A DNA stretch of 64,000 nt from Terrimicrobiaceae bacterium (GTDB lineage: Bacteria; Verrucomicrobiota; Verrucomicrobiia; Chthoniobacterales; Terrimicrobiaceae). This document shows positions 1-10,132 of the stretch, piece by piece (within the stretch, counting starts at the first letter, position 1; every line of letters begins with the position of its first letter). The stretch spans positions 1-64,000 of the forward strand of contig JBIIPZ010000005.1 in NCBI GenBank assembly GCA_044342325.1. The letters run 5' to 3'. The position numbers and the translations under genes were made by a program. Under the pieces are notes generated by a model that was not told the DNA's origin, made no database searches, and saw only the letters and a program-made list of their open reading frames with translations.

Positions 1-454
1 CGCCAGTTCGCTTCCATTCTTCGATGACCTGCTTGGCATACTCGGTCGCCGGATCGCTTCGCTTGTGGTAGCCGAGCATGAGCCATGTCTTACTCTCCTG
101 CAGGGCGCGCACGATTTTCTCACCGGCCTTGATGGAGCCGGCAATCGGTTTCTCGGTGAAGATCGGGATGCCCGCCTTGGCCAATTCTGGAACCAGCAAA
201 CCGTGCCGGGTGAAAGGCTGCGAGGCCACGATCGCGTCGAGCTTCTCGTTGGCGAGAAGTTGCTCGTGGTTTTCGTAAACGCGAGGAACCCCGTAGCGAG
301 CCGCGACTTCACGGGCGAGATTCGGCCGGATTTCCGCAATCGCGACGACCTCGCATTCAGTGGAAAGACTGGCGCTGGCGTAATTGCGCAGGTGGGCGCA
401 CTGGCCCATGGAGCCGACGCCGACGAAACCGATTTTGATGGGTGTTTGAGACAT
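1..454 (-). CDS. Gfo/Idh/MocA family NAD(P)-dependent oxidoreductase (3' part outside window)
   Basis: Manual translation from ATG 454: MSQTPIKIGFVGVGSMGQCAHL...EVVAIAEIR...LDAIVASQPFTRH...IFTEKPIAGS...LMLGYHKRSDP. Rossmann GxGxxG and EKP motifs are present. The frame runs off the window edge, so it is absent from the ORF track. Confidence 0.9.
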   Translation of the reverse strand, partial: MSQTPIKIGFVGVGSMGQCAHLRNYASASLSTECEVVAIAEIRPNLAREVAARYGVPRVYENHEQLLANEKLDAIVASQPFTRHGLLVPELAKAGIPIFTEKPIAGSIKAGEKIVRALQESKTWLMLGYHKRSDPATEYAKQVIEEWKRTG

Positions 455-495
455 AAATGAGGAGGCGAGAATGAGTGGCTTCGCCGGATTTGTGA

Positions 496-1302
496 ATGGT
501 CAGCCTTGCTTTCTTTTGTCATTTATTGCCCGTGCAAAAATGCGAAGCGGAATTTCTTGGATGCGGTGAACTTCTCCCAAACCCATGCTGGCGCATGCGC
601 CCCCACTCCCACCCACACCATGAACTGATCGTCATCAAAAGCGGCGCGATGCTTTTAAAAACAAGGCATGGCGAGATTGTCGCCCGATCGGGAGATATCC
701 TTTTTTATCAAGCCGGCCTGGTCCACGAGGAAATATCGCAACTCGACGATCCCGTGGGCAGCTACTTCCTCTCATTCAGCGCAAGGATAAAATTGCCCGA
801 TCTACCGCTTCGCCTGCGGGATTCCGAAGGGCGTATAGTCGAGCTTTTCCGTTGGATACACCGAGACCTTCGCGAGCAACGACCCGAGGGCGATTGCCTG
901 GCGCTTCTCGAGACGATTATCCGGGAGTTGCACTGGCTGCTTGCCCGTCCAATGGATGCCTGGCTCGAGCATGTCCGCGAACACCTGCAAAGCCGCTTCA
1001 CCGACCGACTGTCGCTCGACGATGTCGCCCGACATGCAGGCATGAGCCGCTTCGCTTTCGTGAGGAAATTCAAAAGACTATGCGGGCGCACACCGATGGA
1101 GGAATTGCGGCAAATCCGCCTTCACGAAGCCCGCAATCTGATCCTCAGCTGCGATCTCCCTATGAAGATGATCGCTGCCAAGGTCGGCATTGGCGATGAA
1201 TACCAACTCTCAAAACTTTTCCGCCGGTATTTCGGAATCGCGCCGAGCACCATGCGCAATTCCAAAACAACCCGCCCCGAAGATCCCGCTTCACCGAAAT
1301 AG
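496..1302 (+). CDS. AraC family transcriptional regulator with N-terminal cupin domain
   Basis: Cupin motif HSHPHHELIVI...HE and C-terminal double HTH (LSLDDVARHAGMSRFAFVRKFK...IAAKVGIGDEYQLSKLFRRYFGIAPS). Divergent from the oxidoreductase. The start may be GTG 532. Confidence 0.9.
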   Translation: MVSLAFFCHLLPVQKCEAEFLGCGELLPNPCWRMRPHSHPHHELIVIKSGAMLLKTRHGEIVARSGDILFYQAGLVHEEISQLDDPVGSYFLSFSARIKLPDLPLRLRDSEGRIVELFRWIHRDLREQRPEGDCLALLETIIRELHWLLARPMDAWLEHVREHLQSRFTDRLSLDDVARHAGMSRFAFVRKFKRLCGRTPMEELRQIRLHEARNLILSCDLPMKMIAAKVGIGDEYQLSKLFRRYFGIAPSTMRNSKTTRPEDPASPK

Positions 1303-1434
1303 CAGCGTTATGCTGCGGTCGGCAACTCGGCCATAGGAGTCGGTCCCGCATATTCACATATTTTATTGATTTCAATGTGTGAGACTTTTCTACCCCTTTT
1401 GACTGTGCTCCACGCTCCGATAGCCTTGCGCCAG

Positions 1435-1533
1435 CGCTCAGGGCAGCGTAGCCGAAGCGCCCCCCATTTCTCCTTCACCCCACAATCCGCGCTTCGATTT
1501 GTTTCAAGGTTTCGCTCAGGGCAGCGTAGCCGA
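1435..1533. repeat. Two exact 21-bp direct repeats CGCTCAGGGCAGCGTAGCCGA (1435-1455, 1513-1533)
   Basis: Read directly from the sequence; 78-bp period; intergenic. Confidence 0.8.
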
Positions 1534-1660
1534 GGTTGGCTTTTCCCGCGCGCAAGTCACAGGATCGCGTTGAAAAAATCCGCCGTCATGTTCATGCAGC
1601 CCACACTGTAAAGAGCAGGCCAGAGTGTTCAATTTTTTGCCCACACAAGAAACCGCTCAT

Positions 1661-1842
1661 CGCACGCCTTCCATGGGAGGGCCATCGTCCCGCATGGCCC
1701 AAATTTCCATCACGGACGGCGAGGCATAACGGCCAGACACCTCTCCACAAAAAACCGCCCGGAGAACGCCACCCTCAGACGCCGCTTCGCGGCTGAAGAA
1801 TGGGCCATGCCGGAGGATGGCCCTCCCATGGAGGGCGCGCGC
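1661..1842. repeat. REP-like inverted doublet (REPIN-like), module B of the dispersed palindrome family
   Basis: CCATGGGAGGGCCATCGTCCCGCATGGCCCAA at ~1671-1702 and its near reverse complement TGGGCCATGCCGGAGGATGGCCCTCCCATGG at ~1801-1831, about 100 bp apart. Confidence 0.8.
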
Positions 1843-2169
1843 GGCGCGGAGCTTCGGTTTGATTTGCAAGCGCCGGCTCAGCGTGTCGGCGCCGCCGGTG
1901 CTGATCCCTGAAATTCGCCCACATTCAGGAAAGGCACGACTCCTCCGCTGCTGATACGTGGCAGGACGCCGTCCCATTTTTCGATTGCATGCGCAAAAGG
2001 TATGAACCGATGTGCTCGGTTTAAGTGTAAGCAATGTTCCCGTTCATACCGGAGTATACCCTGAATTAAACGAAAGGGGTCAGATGACACAAAAAATGCT
2101 AGTAACTGTCATTAAGAAATTTGCTGACCCATTTTATTTTCCGTCGAATTTGAGCAGAAATATATACCC

Positions 2170-2427
2170 TCAACGCCGAGGTTTCGTTTTTTTCCAGACT
2201 TTGGCGATGCGATCCATACTGGCTTGCGTAGAGGGATCGACTTCCACCACTTCAGCTGTCGGATCGGCTTCCAATAAAAACGGTATGCGCCGTGTCTTGG
2301 CGACATTTGTGAAAAAAAGACGCACGGCCGTGGGCAAATCCAGACCCATCTCTTCAAGGGCTGATGCCGCATTGTCACGCAGTTTCCGAGAGAGCCGGAT
2401 TTGAAGCGTTGTCGAAGTTGATGTCAT
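2170..2427 (-). CDS. RelB/DinJ family type II antitoxin (no intact toxin downstream)
   Basis: MTSTSTTLQIRLSRKLRDNAASALEEMGLDLPTAVRLFFTNVAKTRRIPFLL is the typical RelB/DinJ ribbon-helix-helix pattern. Start taken at ATG 2427. Confidence 0.85.
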   Translation of the reverse strand: MTSTSTTLQIRLSRKLRDNAASALEEMGLDLPTAVRLFFTNVAKTRRIPFLLEADPTAEVVEVDPSTQASMDRIAKVWKKTKPRR

Positions 2428-2573
2428 GGTTTGTATATTACTTGTCATGCATATCATGTAAAGTCCAGCCCGGCAGCTTGTCAGTTCGGGTGATCAGTTT
2501 TGTGTGGCACAATCATGCCAAGCTGTTTTGCAGGCTATGAGGCCGAAGGAACGCGGTTTGGATCGTTGCTCGA

Positions 2574-3536
2574 TCACCCGACAATCCGCGATTCGACCTG
2601 TTTCATGGTTTCGCGGAGGGCGGCGTAGCCGAAGTGGCCTTGGGGGACTTGGAGGAGGCTGGAGCCGGGCCAGCGGGATTGGAGGAGTGTGAGGTCTGCG
2701 AGGGGGGAGATGCGGTCGTGGAGTCCGCCGGTGAGTAGGATGGATGAGGGGTCGCAGAGGGGAACCCCATGGAGCGGGGAGACGAGGTGGTCGAAGCGGG
2801 CGGTGTTGCCGCGCGAGTGGCCACGGATGCGGAGTTCCCGCCGCATCATGGCCGATCCGGGGCTTTCCCAGATGGCCTTGTCCATGTTCACGATGGGCTG
2901 CACCAAGGCGACGAACCGGAAGTCGGCTTCCAGAAAGGAGAGAAGCGCACCAGTCCATCCGCCGTAGCTCGTGCCGACAATGGCAAACTCGCGTGTGCCG
3001 CGAGTGCGGAGCAGAGCCATGAGTTGTCGGAGTTCGATCACACCCTGTCTGATACCCTCGGCGTTTCGGACCAAGTCGGCGGTGATGGCCAACTCGCCGT
3101 TCCAAGTGCGGCGCGGCGTGCGCGAGTAGTGGTAGGGCAGGTGGGGAAAGGCAACGCTCCAGCCGTTGCTGTTGAACCACGCCGCAAGCCGACGGTAGCC
3201 GATGTCGCTCGCGCTCATGAGGGCATGGAGCAGGAAAACAGTGGGGGCGTTTTTATCGCGGGCTGGAAAAAACCGCACACGCACGCGGTCGTTTTCAGGG
3301 TGTCCGCTCGATCGGGGCGAATCCCACTCGATCCAGCCGTTTTTGAGACTCGGACGCTGAGCAGGCGGCATCCGGTAATATTGTTCGCGGCTTTGTCCGC
3401 CCCACTCGGCCAGATACCGTTCCAGACTGGCGACCGAGCAGGCATCCGCCCTCCGCCGCCATTGGATGGCGTGCATCATGTTGCACATCGTGCCATCGAC
3501 GAGCCACGAAAGGGGACGGTTTACAAGGGCCTTCAT
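2574..3536 (-). CDS. Alpha/beta hydrolase (ABHD18/DUF2048-like)
   Basis: Nucleophile elbow GTSYGG, Asp in HDRIS, His in QGHFG. ATGA overlap with the upstream acyltransferase. Confidence 0.8.
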   Translation of the reverse strand: MKALVNRPLSWLVDGTMCNMMHAIQWRRRADACSVASLERYLAEWGGQSREQYYRMPPAQRPSLKNGWIEWDSPRSSGHPENDRVRVRFFPARDKNAPTVFLLHALMSASDIGYRRLAAWFNSNGWSVAFPHLPYHYSRTPRRTWNGELAITADLVRNAEGIRQGVIELRQLMALLRTRGTREFAIVGTSYGGWTGALLSFLEADFRFVALVQPIVNMDKAIWESPGSAMMRRELRIRGHSRGNTARFDHLVSPLHGVPLCDPSSILLTGGLHDRISPLADLTLLQSRWPGSSLLQVPQGHFGYAALRETMKQVESRIVG

Positions 3537-4228
3537 GGTTCGCGCATGCGCTGCTGCGGGGAGTGCGGGAGGTCATCGGCTGTGAGGTGGCATTTCGTAA
3601 CGAGCTCGTCCTTGAGGCGGACGAGCGCGGCGGCGACATCGTCGCGGAGTTTTTTCCGTCCGCCATCCGGGCTTGGGAAAACCGGCGCACCCACCGCGAT
3701 GAAAACCTTGGCCCTCCGCCAGGGGAGCCAATTGCGGCGGTTGTAGAGGCGCTCGCTGCCGAGGATCACGATCGGCACAACAGGGCAGCCCGCCTTGGCT
3801 GCGATGAGAAATGCCCCCTCGCGCATGTCGGCGCCGGAGAGGATCGATTGAGCGCCGTCACGGATGCCTCCCTCGGGGAAGACCCCGATCATGCGGCCCT
3901 GCTCGAGCCGCCGCAGCGCATGTCGCAAGGCCTGCCTGTCGTCGCCGTGGCGGTCCACCGGGATCACATCCAGCCAAGTGAAGGCGGCCTTCGACCATGA
4001 GGCACCGAACAGCTCGACCATCGCAATCCAATCGATTTTGCGCGGCAGCCAGCCGCTGAGAAACGGCGGGTCGAAGTGGCTAATGTGGTTGCTCACCATC
4101 ACGCAGGCACCTTTCGGAATTTTTCCGAACCGAACGAATCGCACGCGCGAGCCGAAGTGGAGAAGGAATTTTAAAAATGAGACGACGCCGTGGTAGAAGA
4201 CCGTATGAAAGGTGTCGCGGGCTGTCAT
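3533..4228 (-). CDS. Lysophospholipid acyltransferase (PlsC-like)
   Basis: NHISHFD (HxxxxD), PVDR and FPEGG motifs. Confidence 0.9.
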   Translation of the reverse strand: MTARDTFHTVFYHGVVSFLKFLLHFGSRVRFVRFGKIPKGACVMVSNHISHFDPPFLSGWLPRKIDWIAMVELFGASWSKAAFTWLDVIPVDRHGDDRQALRHALRRLEQGRMIGVFPEGGIRDGAQSILSGADMREGAFLIAAKAGCPVVPIVILGSERLYNRRNWLPWRRAKVFIAVGAPVFPSPDGGRKKLRDDVAAALVRLKDELVTKCHLTADDLPHSPQQRMREP

Positions 4229-4232
4229 AGGC

Positions 4233-5027
4233 TTACTGCGCGGCCGTAGTGAAAAAGCGTTCCTGCTTCGGAGTGATCGTGCGGCCGAGTTTTTTCAGCA
4301 CCAGCAGCATGTCCTCCCAAACCTTGCGTTTTTCGGTGATCGTCTGGTTCCGTAAAAGATAGGCGGGGTGGTAGGTGACCATCACGGGAATGCCTTCAAA
4401 CTCCAGCCAAGTGCCCCGGATGTCGCGTATCAGGCGTGTTTCGCCGAGCAGGCCCTCTGCCGCCGTCGCACCGAGCGCGACCATGGCGCGGGGCTTCACC
4501 AAGCGCACCTGCTCGCGCAGCCAAGGCAGGCAGGTCGCCATTTCTTCGCCCTTCGGCTTGCGGTTGCCAGATTCCTCACCAGGCATATCGGGGCGGCACT
4601 TCATGACATTCGCGATGAAAATGTCATCCCTCGTGAATCCCATGGCCTCGATGATTTTTGTGATGAGCTGACCGGAGCGTCCCACGAACGGCTCGCCCTG
4701 CGTATCCTCCTCGGCCCCCGGCGCCTCGCCGATGAACATGAGCTCGGCCGAGCGGTTTCCCACGCCGAAGACGACCTGTGTGCGGGAGGCCACGAGATTC
4801 GGGCACTTCACGCAGCCAAGGATCGCCTTTTCCAGCAGCTCCCAGGTCCATTCGGTGGCGGGCGGTGGCGGCAGGGGATGGACTGCCGCTGCCGGGCGGG
4901 TGGTAGCAGCCTTGCGAAGACGCTTCAACGCTGTCTGCGAAGCTTTGGGCGCGGACTTGATGCCCTTTTGAACCTCTTTCAAAAGAGGGAGCGCCTCTGC
5001 CAGCGCCTGCTGAAAAACATCACTCAT
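4233..5027 (-). CDS. udg: Uracil-DNA glycosylase, family 4 (Fe-S)
   Basis: [29 protein letters not shown] and TYHPAYLLR motifs. Start taken at ATG 5027. Confidence 0.92.
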   Translation of the reverse strand: MSDVFQQALAEALPLLKEVQKGIKSAPKASQTALKRLRKAATTRPAAAVHPLPPPPATEWTWELLEKAILGCVKCPNLVASRTQVVFGVGNRSAELMFIGEAPGAEEDTQGEPFVGRSGQLITKIIEAMGFTRDDIFIANVMKCRPDMPGEESGNRKPKGEEMATCLPWLREQVRLVKPRAMVALGATAAEGLLGETRLIRDIRGTWLEFEGIPVMVTYHPAYLLRNQTITEKRKVWEDMLLVLKKLGRTITPKQERFFTTAAQ

Positions 5028-5134
5028 TGGCGCCAGAATTAACAATCCCTCACGGTCGGGGCGAGATTTTGCTGCGGAGGCATGGAATTTTGTTTCACGC
5101 GATCGGGGCGAAGGGCATAATCCCCGTCTCTTTT

Positions 5135-6154
5135 ATGGCTAAATCTGACGACTCCACACCCACTGACAAGGCGGCCGCAGCCCGCCTCAAGAACCTCGAC
5201 CTCGCCCTCCAACAAATCGAAAAAGACTACGGCAGCGAAGCGATCCGCCGCCTCGGCGACGCCCATGTGTCGCAAGTCGAGAGCATCCCGACCGGAAATA
5301 TCATGATCGACCGCGCTCTCGGCGTGGGCGGTTTCCCCCGTGGACGCATTATCGAAATCTACGGCCCGGAAAGCTCGGGAAAAACCACCCTCACGCTCAC
5401 AGCGATCGCCCAGGCCCAGAAACTCGGTGGCTTGGCGGCATTCATCGATGTGGAGCACGCGCTGGATCCCCACTACGCCCGCAAACTCGGCGTCAATCTC
5501 GACGAACTCCTTGTTTCCCAGCCCAGCTCGGGCGAGGAAGCCCTCCGCATCTGCGAAACTCTCGTGCGCTCGAACGCATTGGACATCATCGTGCTCGACT
5601 CCGTCGCGGCCCTGGTGACGAAATCCGAACTCGAAGGCGAGATCGGCGACGCCGTTGTGGGCGCCCAAGCCCGTCTGATGAGCAACGCGCTCCGCAAGCT
5701 CACCGCGTTCATCTCTAAAGCCAACACGATCTGCCTTTTCACAAACCAGATTCGCGAAAAAATCGGCGTTATGTTCGGCAACCCCGAGACGACACCCGGT
5801 GGCAAAGCGCTCAAATTCTACGCCAGCATCCGTGTGGACATCCGCCGTATCGGCGCGATCAAGAACAGCGATGGCTCGGTCTCCGGAAACCGCACAAAAA
5901 TCAAACTCGTGAAAAACAAGGTCGCCGCTCCCTTCACCGAAGCCGAGTTCGACATCATGTATAACGAAGGCATTTCCAACACCGGCTCGCTCCTCGACCT
6001 CGCCCTCGAAAAAGGCATCGTCGAAAAACGCGGCTCCTGGCTGAGCTACAAAGGCGAGCAACTCGCCCAAGGTCGCGACGCCGCGAAGGAAGTTCTCAAA
6101 AACGATCCAAAAATCTACGCCGATATCGAGGCGCAGGTTCTGGCGGTTCTTTGA
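5135..6154 (+). CDS. recA: Recombinase RecA
   Basis: [55 protein letters not shown]. Start taken at ATG 5135. Confidence 0.99.
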   Translation: MAKSDDSTPTDKAAAARLKNLDLALQQIEKDYGSEAIRRLGDAHVSQVESIPTGNIMIDRALGVGGFPRGRIIEIYGPESSGKTTLTLTAIAQAQKLGGLAAFIDVEHALDPHYARKLGVNLDELLVSQPSSGEEALRICETLVRSNALDIIVLDSVAALVTKSELEGEIGDAVVGAQARLMSNALRKLTAFISKANTICLFTNQIREKIGVMFGNPETTPGGKALKFYASIRVDIRRIGAIKNSDGSVSGNRTKIKLVKNKVAAPFTEAEFDIMYNEGISNTGSLLDLALEKGIVEKRGSWLSYKGEQLAQGRDAAKEVLKNDPKIYADIEAQVLAVL

Positions 6155-6215
6155 TCGCTTCTTCGAGGAGGGAATCACCAACCGGCTGCATGGCCGCCGC
6201 ATCGCGCTTGTTCAG

Positions 6216-7175
6216 ATGACACCACTTGTTCTTGTTGTCGGATTTCTGGGATCGGGAAAAACAACCTTTCTCAAAAATCTCATGCCATCGCTTGCGGTGG
6301 AGGGACTGACGCCGGAGCTGATCATCAATGATTATCAGAACGCCCGGATTGATGCGGAGCAGTTCAGCGATCTCGCCGCCGAGGTAAAGGCGCTGAGCGG
6401 CGACTGCGTGTGTTGTGGATCGAGAGACGAATTACTGGAAGCTCTGCGGGAATTCCGGCACGAGAGCGGCAGGGTGATGATCGTCGAAACCAATGGCACC
6501 ACCGATTCCGCGCAGTTGATCGAATCCCTCGCGCTCGATCCCTCGCTGAAAAAATTCAGTCCTCCAGTCCAACTCTCGATCATCGACGGCAAACGCTGGC
6601 AGCGCCGGTTTTGGCACAATGCCCTCGAGCGCGAGCAGGCCCGCACAGCCTCGCACATTCACATATCGCGAGCGGATTCCGTCGCACCAGAGCGCATGGA
6701 GGCCGTGTTAGAATCCCTGCAGGAATGCGGAGTCAGAGGGAAGAGGACGGATCCCGTTTCCTTCGCCAAGGACCTCGCGCGCATCTCGGAGGCTGCCGTA
6801 GAACCACACGCCCAAGCTCATCCAGAGGGCTGCGGCTGCGGACATCATGCGCACTCTCACGACACCCATGGACACGAAGCCCACCACTTCGCCTCCTGTG
6901 AGATTCCGCTGCCAGAGATTCTGGAGAGAAAGGCGTTCGATGCCCTCATGGACGACTTGCCAGAAGAGGTCCTGCGGGCGAAGGGGCTCGTGGTTTTTGA
7001 TGATGCCCCGGGAGAGTTTTTTGTTTTCCAAAAAGTCGGATCCGATGACGAGACCCGCTTGTTTCCGGTTGGCCGCGAGCCGCGCGTCAAGACGCCGCTC
7101 CTGCTTCTCATCGGGCCCAGCCTTCCGGTTGAGGCCCTCCGAGAGCGTGTGGCGGGGCTCATCTCCGCGCGGTAG
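6216..7175 (+). CDS. CobW/COG0523 family P-loop GTPase metallochaperone
   Basis: GFLGSGKTT, CVCC metal motif, ETNG, His-rich linker (HHAHSHDTHGHEAHH) and CobW_C LRAKG. Confidence 0.88.
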   Translation: MTPLVLVVGFLGSGKTTFLKNLMPSLAVEGLTPELIINDYQNARIDAEQFSDLAAEVKALSGDCVCCGSRDELLEALREFRHESGRVMIVETNGTTDSAQLIESLALDPSLKKFSPPVQLSIIDGKRWQRRFWHNALEREQARTASHIHISRADSVAPERMEAVLESLQECGVRGKRTDPVSFAKDLARISEAAVEPHAQAHPEGCGCGHHAHSHDTHGHEAHHFASCEIPLPEILERKAFDALMDDLPEEVLRAKGLVVFDDAPGEFFVFQKVGSDDETRLFPVGREPRVKTPLLLLIGPSLPVEALRERVAGLISAR

Positions 7176-7184
7176 TAGGTCTCC

Positions 7185-7976
7185 TCAAATCGGCAGCAGA
7201 GTTTGCACCATGTTGTCGATGACGCCGGAGGAGATCGCGTAGCGCGTCAAGCTCGCCGTGTCATGGATGCGCAGCTTGTCCATGAGGTTTTGGCGGTGTT
7301 TTTCGACCGTCTTGATGCTGATGTTCAGTTCTCCGGCGACCTGCTTGTTCGCGGATCCCTCCGCGATGAGTTGGAGCACTTCCACCTCGCGGCTGGTGAG
7401 CTTCACCGCCGGCTTGTGACCGTTGCCGGATGGCACTTCATCATAAATCGTCCGCATGCGGCGTGAGATGGCCGGGCTGTGGAAGGTATTGCCCTTCGCC
7501 ACCTCGTGGATGGCGTGGGTAATGAGATTCGAAGGAGAGTCCTTTAGCAGGTAGCCATGGATGTCGCCGTCGATGACTTGCTGGATATATTGATCGGTGC
7601 CGAAGGCAGTGAGCAGGATGATTCGGACATCCGGCGCGAGCTGCCGGATCTGGCGCGCCGCAGCGAGGCCGTTCAGGCGCGGCATTCCGATATCCATGAG
7701 GAGGACGGTCGGGCGCTTCTCGACGGCGAGATCGACTGCTTTGCGGCCGTTATCTGCCTCGCCGATGATCTCGATGGATTTGTCCAATTCGACCAGTGAG
7801 CGCAGCGCCTCCCGGATGAAGGTGTGGTCGTCCACGATCATGAGTCTGATCGTTGAGACCGCCTTTGGCTTGGTTGGTTGGTTCGTGGAGGCGCTGCGTC
7901 TGGCTGCCGTGATTGGCCCTTTGGCTTCACGGGAAGAGGTTGTTGAGAGGCGTTTCGAAAGAGTGATTTTTTTCAT
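7185..7976 (-). CDS. NarL/FixJ (LuxR) family response regulator
   Basis: Receiver domain (IVDDH...LMDIGMP...YLLKD) plus HTH LTSREVEVLQLIAEGSANKQVAGELNISIKTVEKHRQNLMDKL. Start uncertain; ATG 7976 gives a basic N-terminal extension. Confidence 0.93.
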   Translation of the reverse strand: MKKITLSKRLSTTSSREAKGPITAARRSASTNQPTKPKAVSTIRLMIVDDHTFIREALRSLVELDKSIEIIGEADNGRKAVDLAVEKRPTVLLMDIGMPRLNGLAAARQIRQLAPDVRIILLTAFGTDQYIQQVIDGDIHGYLLKDSPSNLITHAIHEVAKGNTFHSPAISRRMRTIYDEVPSGNGHKPAVKLTSREVEVLQLIAEGSANKQVAGELNISIKTVEKHRQNLMDKLRIHDTASLTRYAISSGVIDNMVQTLLPI

Positions 7977-8091
7977 CGGGGTGTCTTGGTAGCAGTGATG
8001 GATTGGCGGGGTAATAGGGTGAATGCGAAATCGACCGGAGCCGCTGCGCTCCACATCCCTAAGGGAAATCCCGATACGCCCGCCGGTTTCT

Positions 8092-8292
8092 TTATCGGTT
8101 CGTGGACTTGGCCTCCTCGGCGTGGAATGTGCGGGCAGTAGTAGTGGCTCGTTCGCGGGCGGCCAACGTGCGGCCTTCGCTGCGAACCTTGCTGTTCACT
8201 GTCTTTCCCGCATTCGTGCGGGCTCGGTCCTCTCGGTCGGTGTGGATGCGGGCGGCGGGGGCTGTGGCTTTTTTTGGTGTTGTTTTGTTCAT
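8092..8292 (-). CDS. Small basic hypothetical protein
   Basis: 66-aa K/R/T/A-rich ORF with an ATG start, co-oriented upstream of the regulator. No recognised domain. Confidence 0.4.
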   Translation of the reverse strand: MNKTTPKKATAPAARIHTDREDRARTNAGKTVNSKVRSEGRTLAARERATTTARTFHAEEAKSTNR

Positions 8293-8408
8293 GTTTGGAT
8301 CGGCTTCGAGCCGCTTCTCCGCATGCTCAACCGAGTGGGTGACGGATGCGATGGGGGGATGACCTTATTGGCGGGAAAGCGAAGCCGGGATTGATTGCCG
8401 CCGAAACT

Positions 8409-8705
8409 ATGACTCACCCAATGCTCGCCAAATTCGCAATCAACTACACCGTCTTTCCTGAACACAACAAACGCGTGGAGACCCACCACACGGATGATCC
8501 CGTCGAGGCAGAGACATTTCTTGTTCAACTTCTCACCAGCGGAACTCGCATCCACTCCATCATGCACGACGGAGTGCCCGTCGAACCCCATCAGTTCGAC
8601 CGGTTGCTCAAAGTCGCCGCCACCAGAGTGGCCGCCGAACTCATCAGCCGATCGCTGCACATGGACTACGCGGAAGTGAAACACCGCTTCGGCTTCGCCT
8701 CGTAA
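8409..8705 (+). CDS. Hypothetical protein
   Basis: 98-aa ORF from ATG 8409 with host-like codon usage; first gene of a co-oriented run. Confidence 0.65.
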   Translation: MTHPMLAKFAINYTVFPEHNKRVETHHTDDPVEAETFLVQLLTSGTRIHSIMHDGVPVEPHQFDRLLKVAATRVAAELISRSLHMDYAEVKHRFGFAS

Positions 8706-8735
8706 ACAATCCGCCTCTTTTCAAAAACACATACC

Positions 8736-9470
8736 ATGCTCAACACGCATCATAAAAACAGCCGCGGCAGGCTCGTGGACACCTTTTCCGGGATCGTCCA
8801 AATACCTGTCGATTCCATGCACCTCGAAGCCGAATGGATCATGCCACCGAATGCCTCGGGGGTCGTGATCTTCGCCCACGGGAGTGGCAGCAGCCGCCAC
8901 AGCCGGAGAAACCAATTCGTAGCCTCGGTCCTTCATGAATCCGGGATCGGCACGGTTCTCCTTGATCTCCTGACCCGCCAGGAAGAACGGAGGGACGCCG
9001 CCGACGGTCAGCTTCGCTTCGACATCGAAATGCTCACGAACCGTCTCATCACTGCCGTAAGGTGGGTGGAGGACCACCCCGCCGCTCATGACCAACCGAT
9101 CGGCCTCTTCGGCGCCAGCACGGGTGCGGCAGCCGCTATAGCCGCCGCATCGATCCTCGGCGAGCGCATCAGCGGGGTCGTCTCCCGGGGTGGCCGTCCG
9201 GATCTCGCCTACGAGCATCTCCGCCATGTTACCGCACCCACGCTCTTGATCGTGGGCGAGAGAGACGATGCCGTTGTGCGTTTGAACAAGGAGGCCAGCC
9301 AACACCTGCGATGCCTTAAAAAACTATCCATCATTCCGGGAGCGACACATCTTTTTGAAGAACCAGGCGCACTTGAGAAGGTCTCCAGTCTTGCCGCCGG
9401 CTGGTTCAAAAAGCACCTCGCCCGCGAAACCCGTCAAAACGAAATCCACAGGGAGGTCGTCGAAGTATGA
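8736..9470 (+). CDS. Dienelactone hydrolase-like alpha/beta hydrolase (PRT-associated type)
   Basis: FAHGSGSSRHSRRN, FGASTGAAAA, VSRGGRPDLA and PGATHLFEEPGALE motifs. Confidence 0.88.
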   Translation: MLNTHHKNSRGRLVDTFSGIVQIPVDSMHLEAEWIMPPNASGVVIFAHGSGSSRHSRRNQFVASVLHESGIGTVLLDLLTRQEERRDAADGQLRFDIEMLTNRLITAVRWVEDHPAAHDQPIGLFGASTGAAAAIAAASILGERISGVVSRGGRPDLAYEHLRHVTAPTLLIVGERDDAVVRLNKEASQHLRCLKKLSIIPGATHLFEEPGALEKVSSLAAGWFKKHLARETRQNEIHREVVEV

Positions 9471-10132
9471 GTGCCCGATTCCAAAACCGTGAAGAGGCCG
9501 GGCGCATCCTGGCCGCAAAGCTCATGATCTATGCCAACAGGCCCGAAACCATCGTCCTCGCACTACCCCGGGGCGGTGTTCCCATAGGCTATGAGATCGC
9601 CAGTGCGCTCAACCTTCCGTTGGATGTCATGATCGTCCGAAAGCTCGGCGTTCCCGGCCACGAGGAGTTGGCCATGGGTGCGATCGCCAGCGGCGGCGTG
9701 CGCGTTTTGAACCGCAGCGTCATCGAGAGTCTCCGGATCCCGCCTGACTCGCTCGAGGCCGTGGAGAAACGCGAGGCGCTCGAGTTGATGCGCCGCGAGG
9801 CAACTTACCGGGGGAACCGGCATCCAATCTCTCTCAAGGGAAAAACCATCATCCTTGTCGATGACGGAGTCGCGACAGGCTCGACGATGCGCGTCGCCAT
9901 AAGTGCCCTGCGCGAGCAGCGCGTCGGCCGCATCATTCTGGCCACGCCGGTCGCGCCGCCGACTGTGCGATGGGAAATGGAATCACTCGTTGAGGATTTT
10001 GTCGCCCTCGTCATGCCGGAGGATTTCTTCGGTGTCGGTCAATGGTATGACGACTTCACACAGGTGTCCGATGACGCCGTTTACGAACTCCTCCGGAAGG
10101 GCGCAAAACTTCAACCCACGGAGGTCGCATGA
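9467..10132 (+). CDS. Phosphoribosyltransferase family protein
   Basis: FQNREEAGRILA, LALPRGGVP, VRKLGVPGHEELAMGAIA, PRPP loop ILVDDGVATGSTM, VGQWYDDFTQVSD. Confidence 0.93.
   Translation: MSARFQNREEAGRILAAKLMIYANRPETIVLALPRGGVPIGYEIASALNLPLDVMIVRKLGVPGHEELAMGAIASGGVRVLNRSVIESLRIPPDSLEAVEKREALELMRREATYRGNRHPISLKGKTIILVDDGVATGSTMRVAISALREQRVGRIILATPVAPPTVRWEMESLVEDFVALVMPEDFFGVGQWYDDFTQVSDDAVYELLRKGAKLQPTEVA

Noticed and set aside
1435..1533. Possible CRISPR array
   Set aside because: Only two 21-bp repeats with a 57-bp spacer, and no cas genes in the window.
5041..5134. LexA (SOS) box upstream of recA/udg
   Set aside because: No match to the TGTTC-N4-GAACA type motif reported for Verrucomicrobia, nor to CTGT-N8-ACAG, was seen.
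5039..6202. Long antisense ORFs (also 2769-3746, 32946-34229, 35186-36808, 57662-58942, 59445-60905, 62076-63083)
   Set aside because: These are shadow frames opposite well-supported genes, expected in high-GC DNA, with no recognisable motifs.
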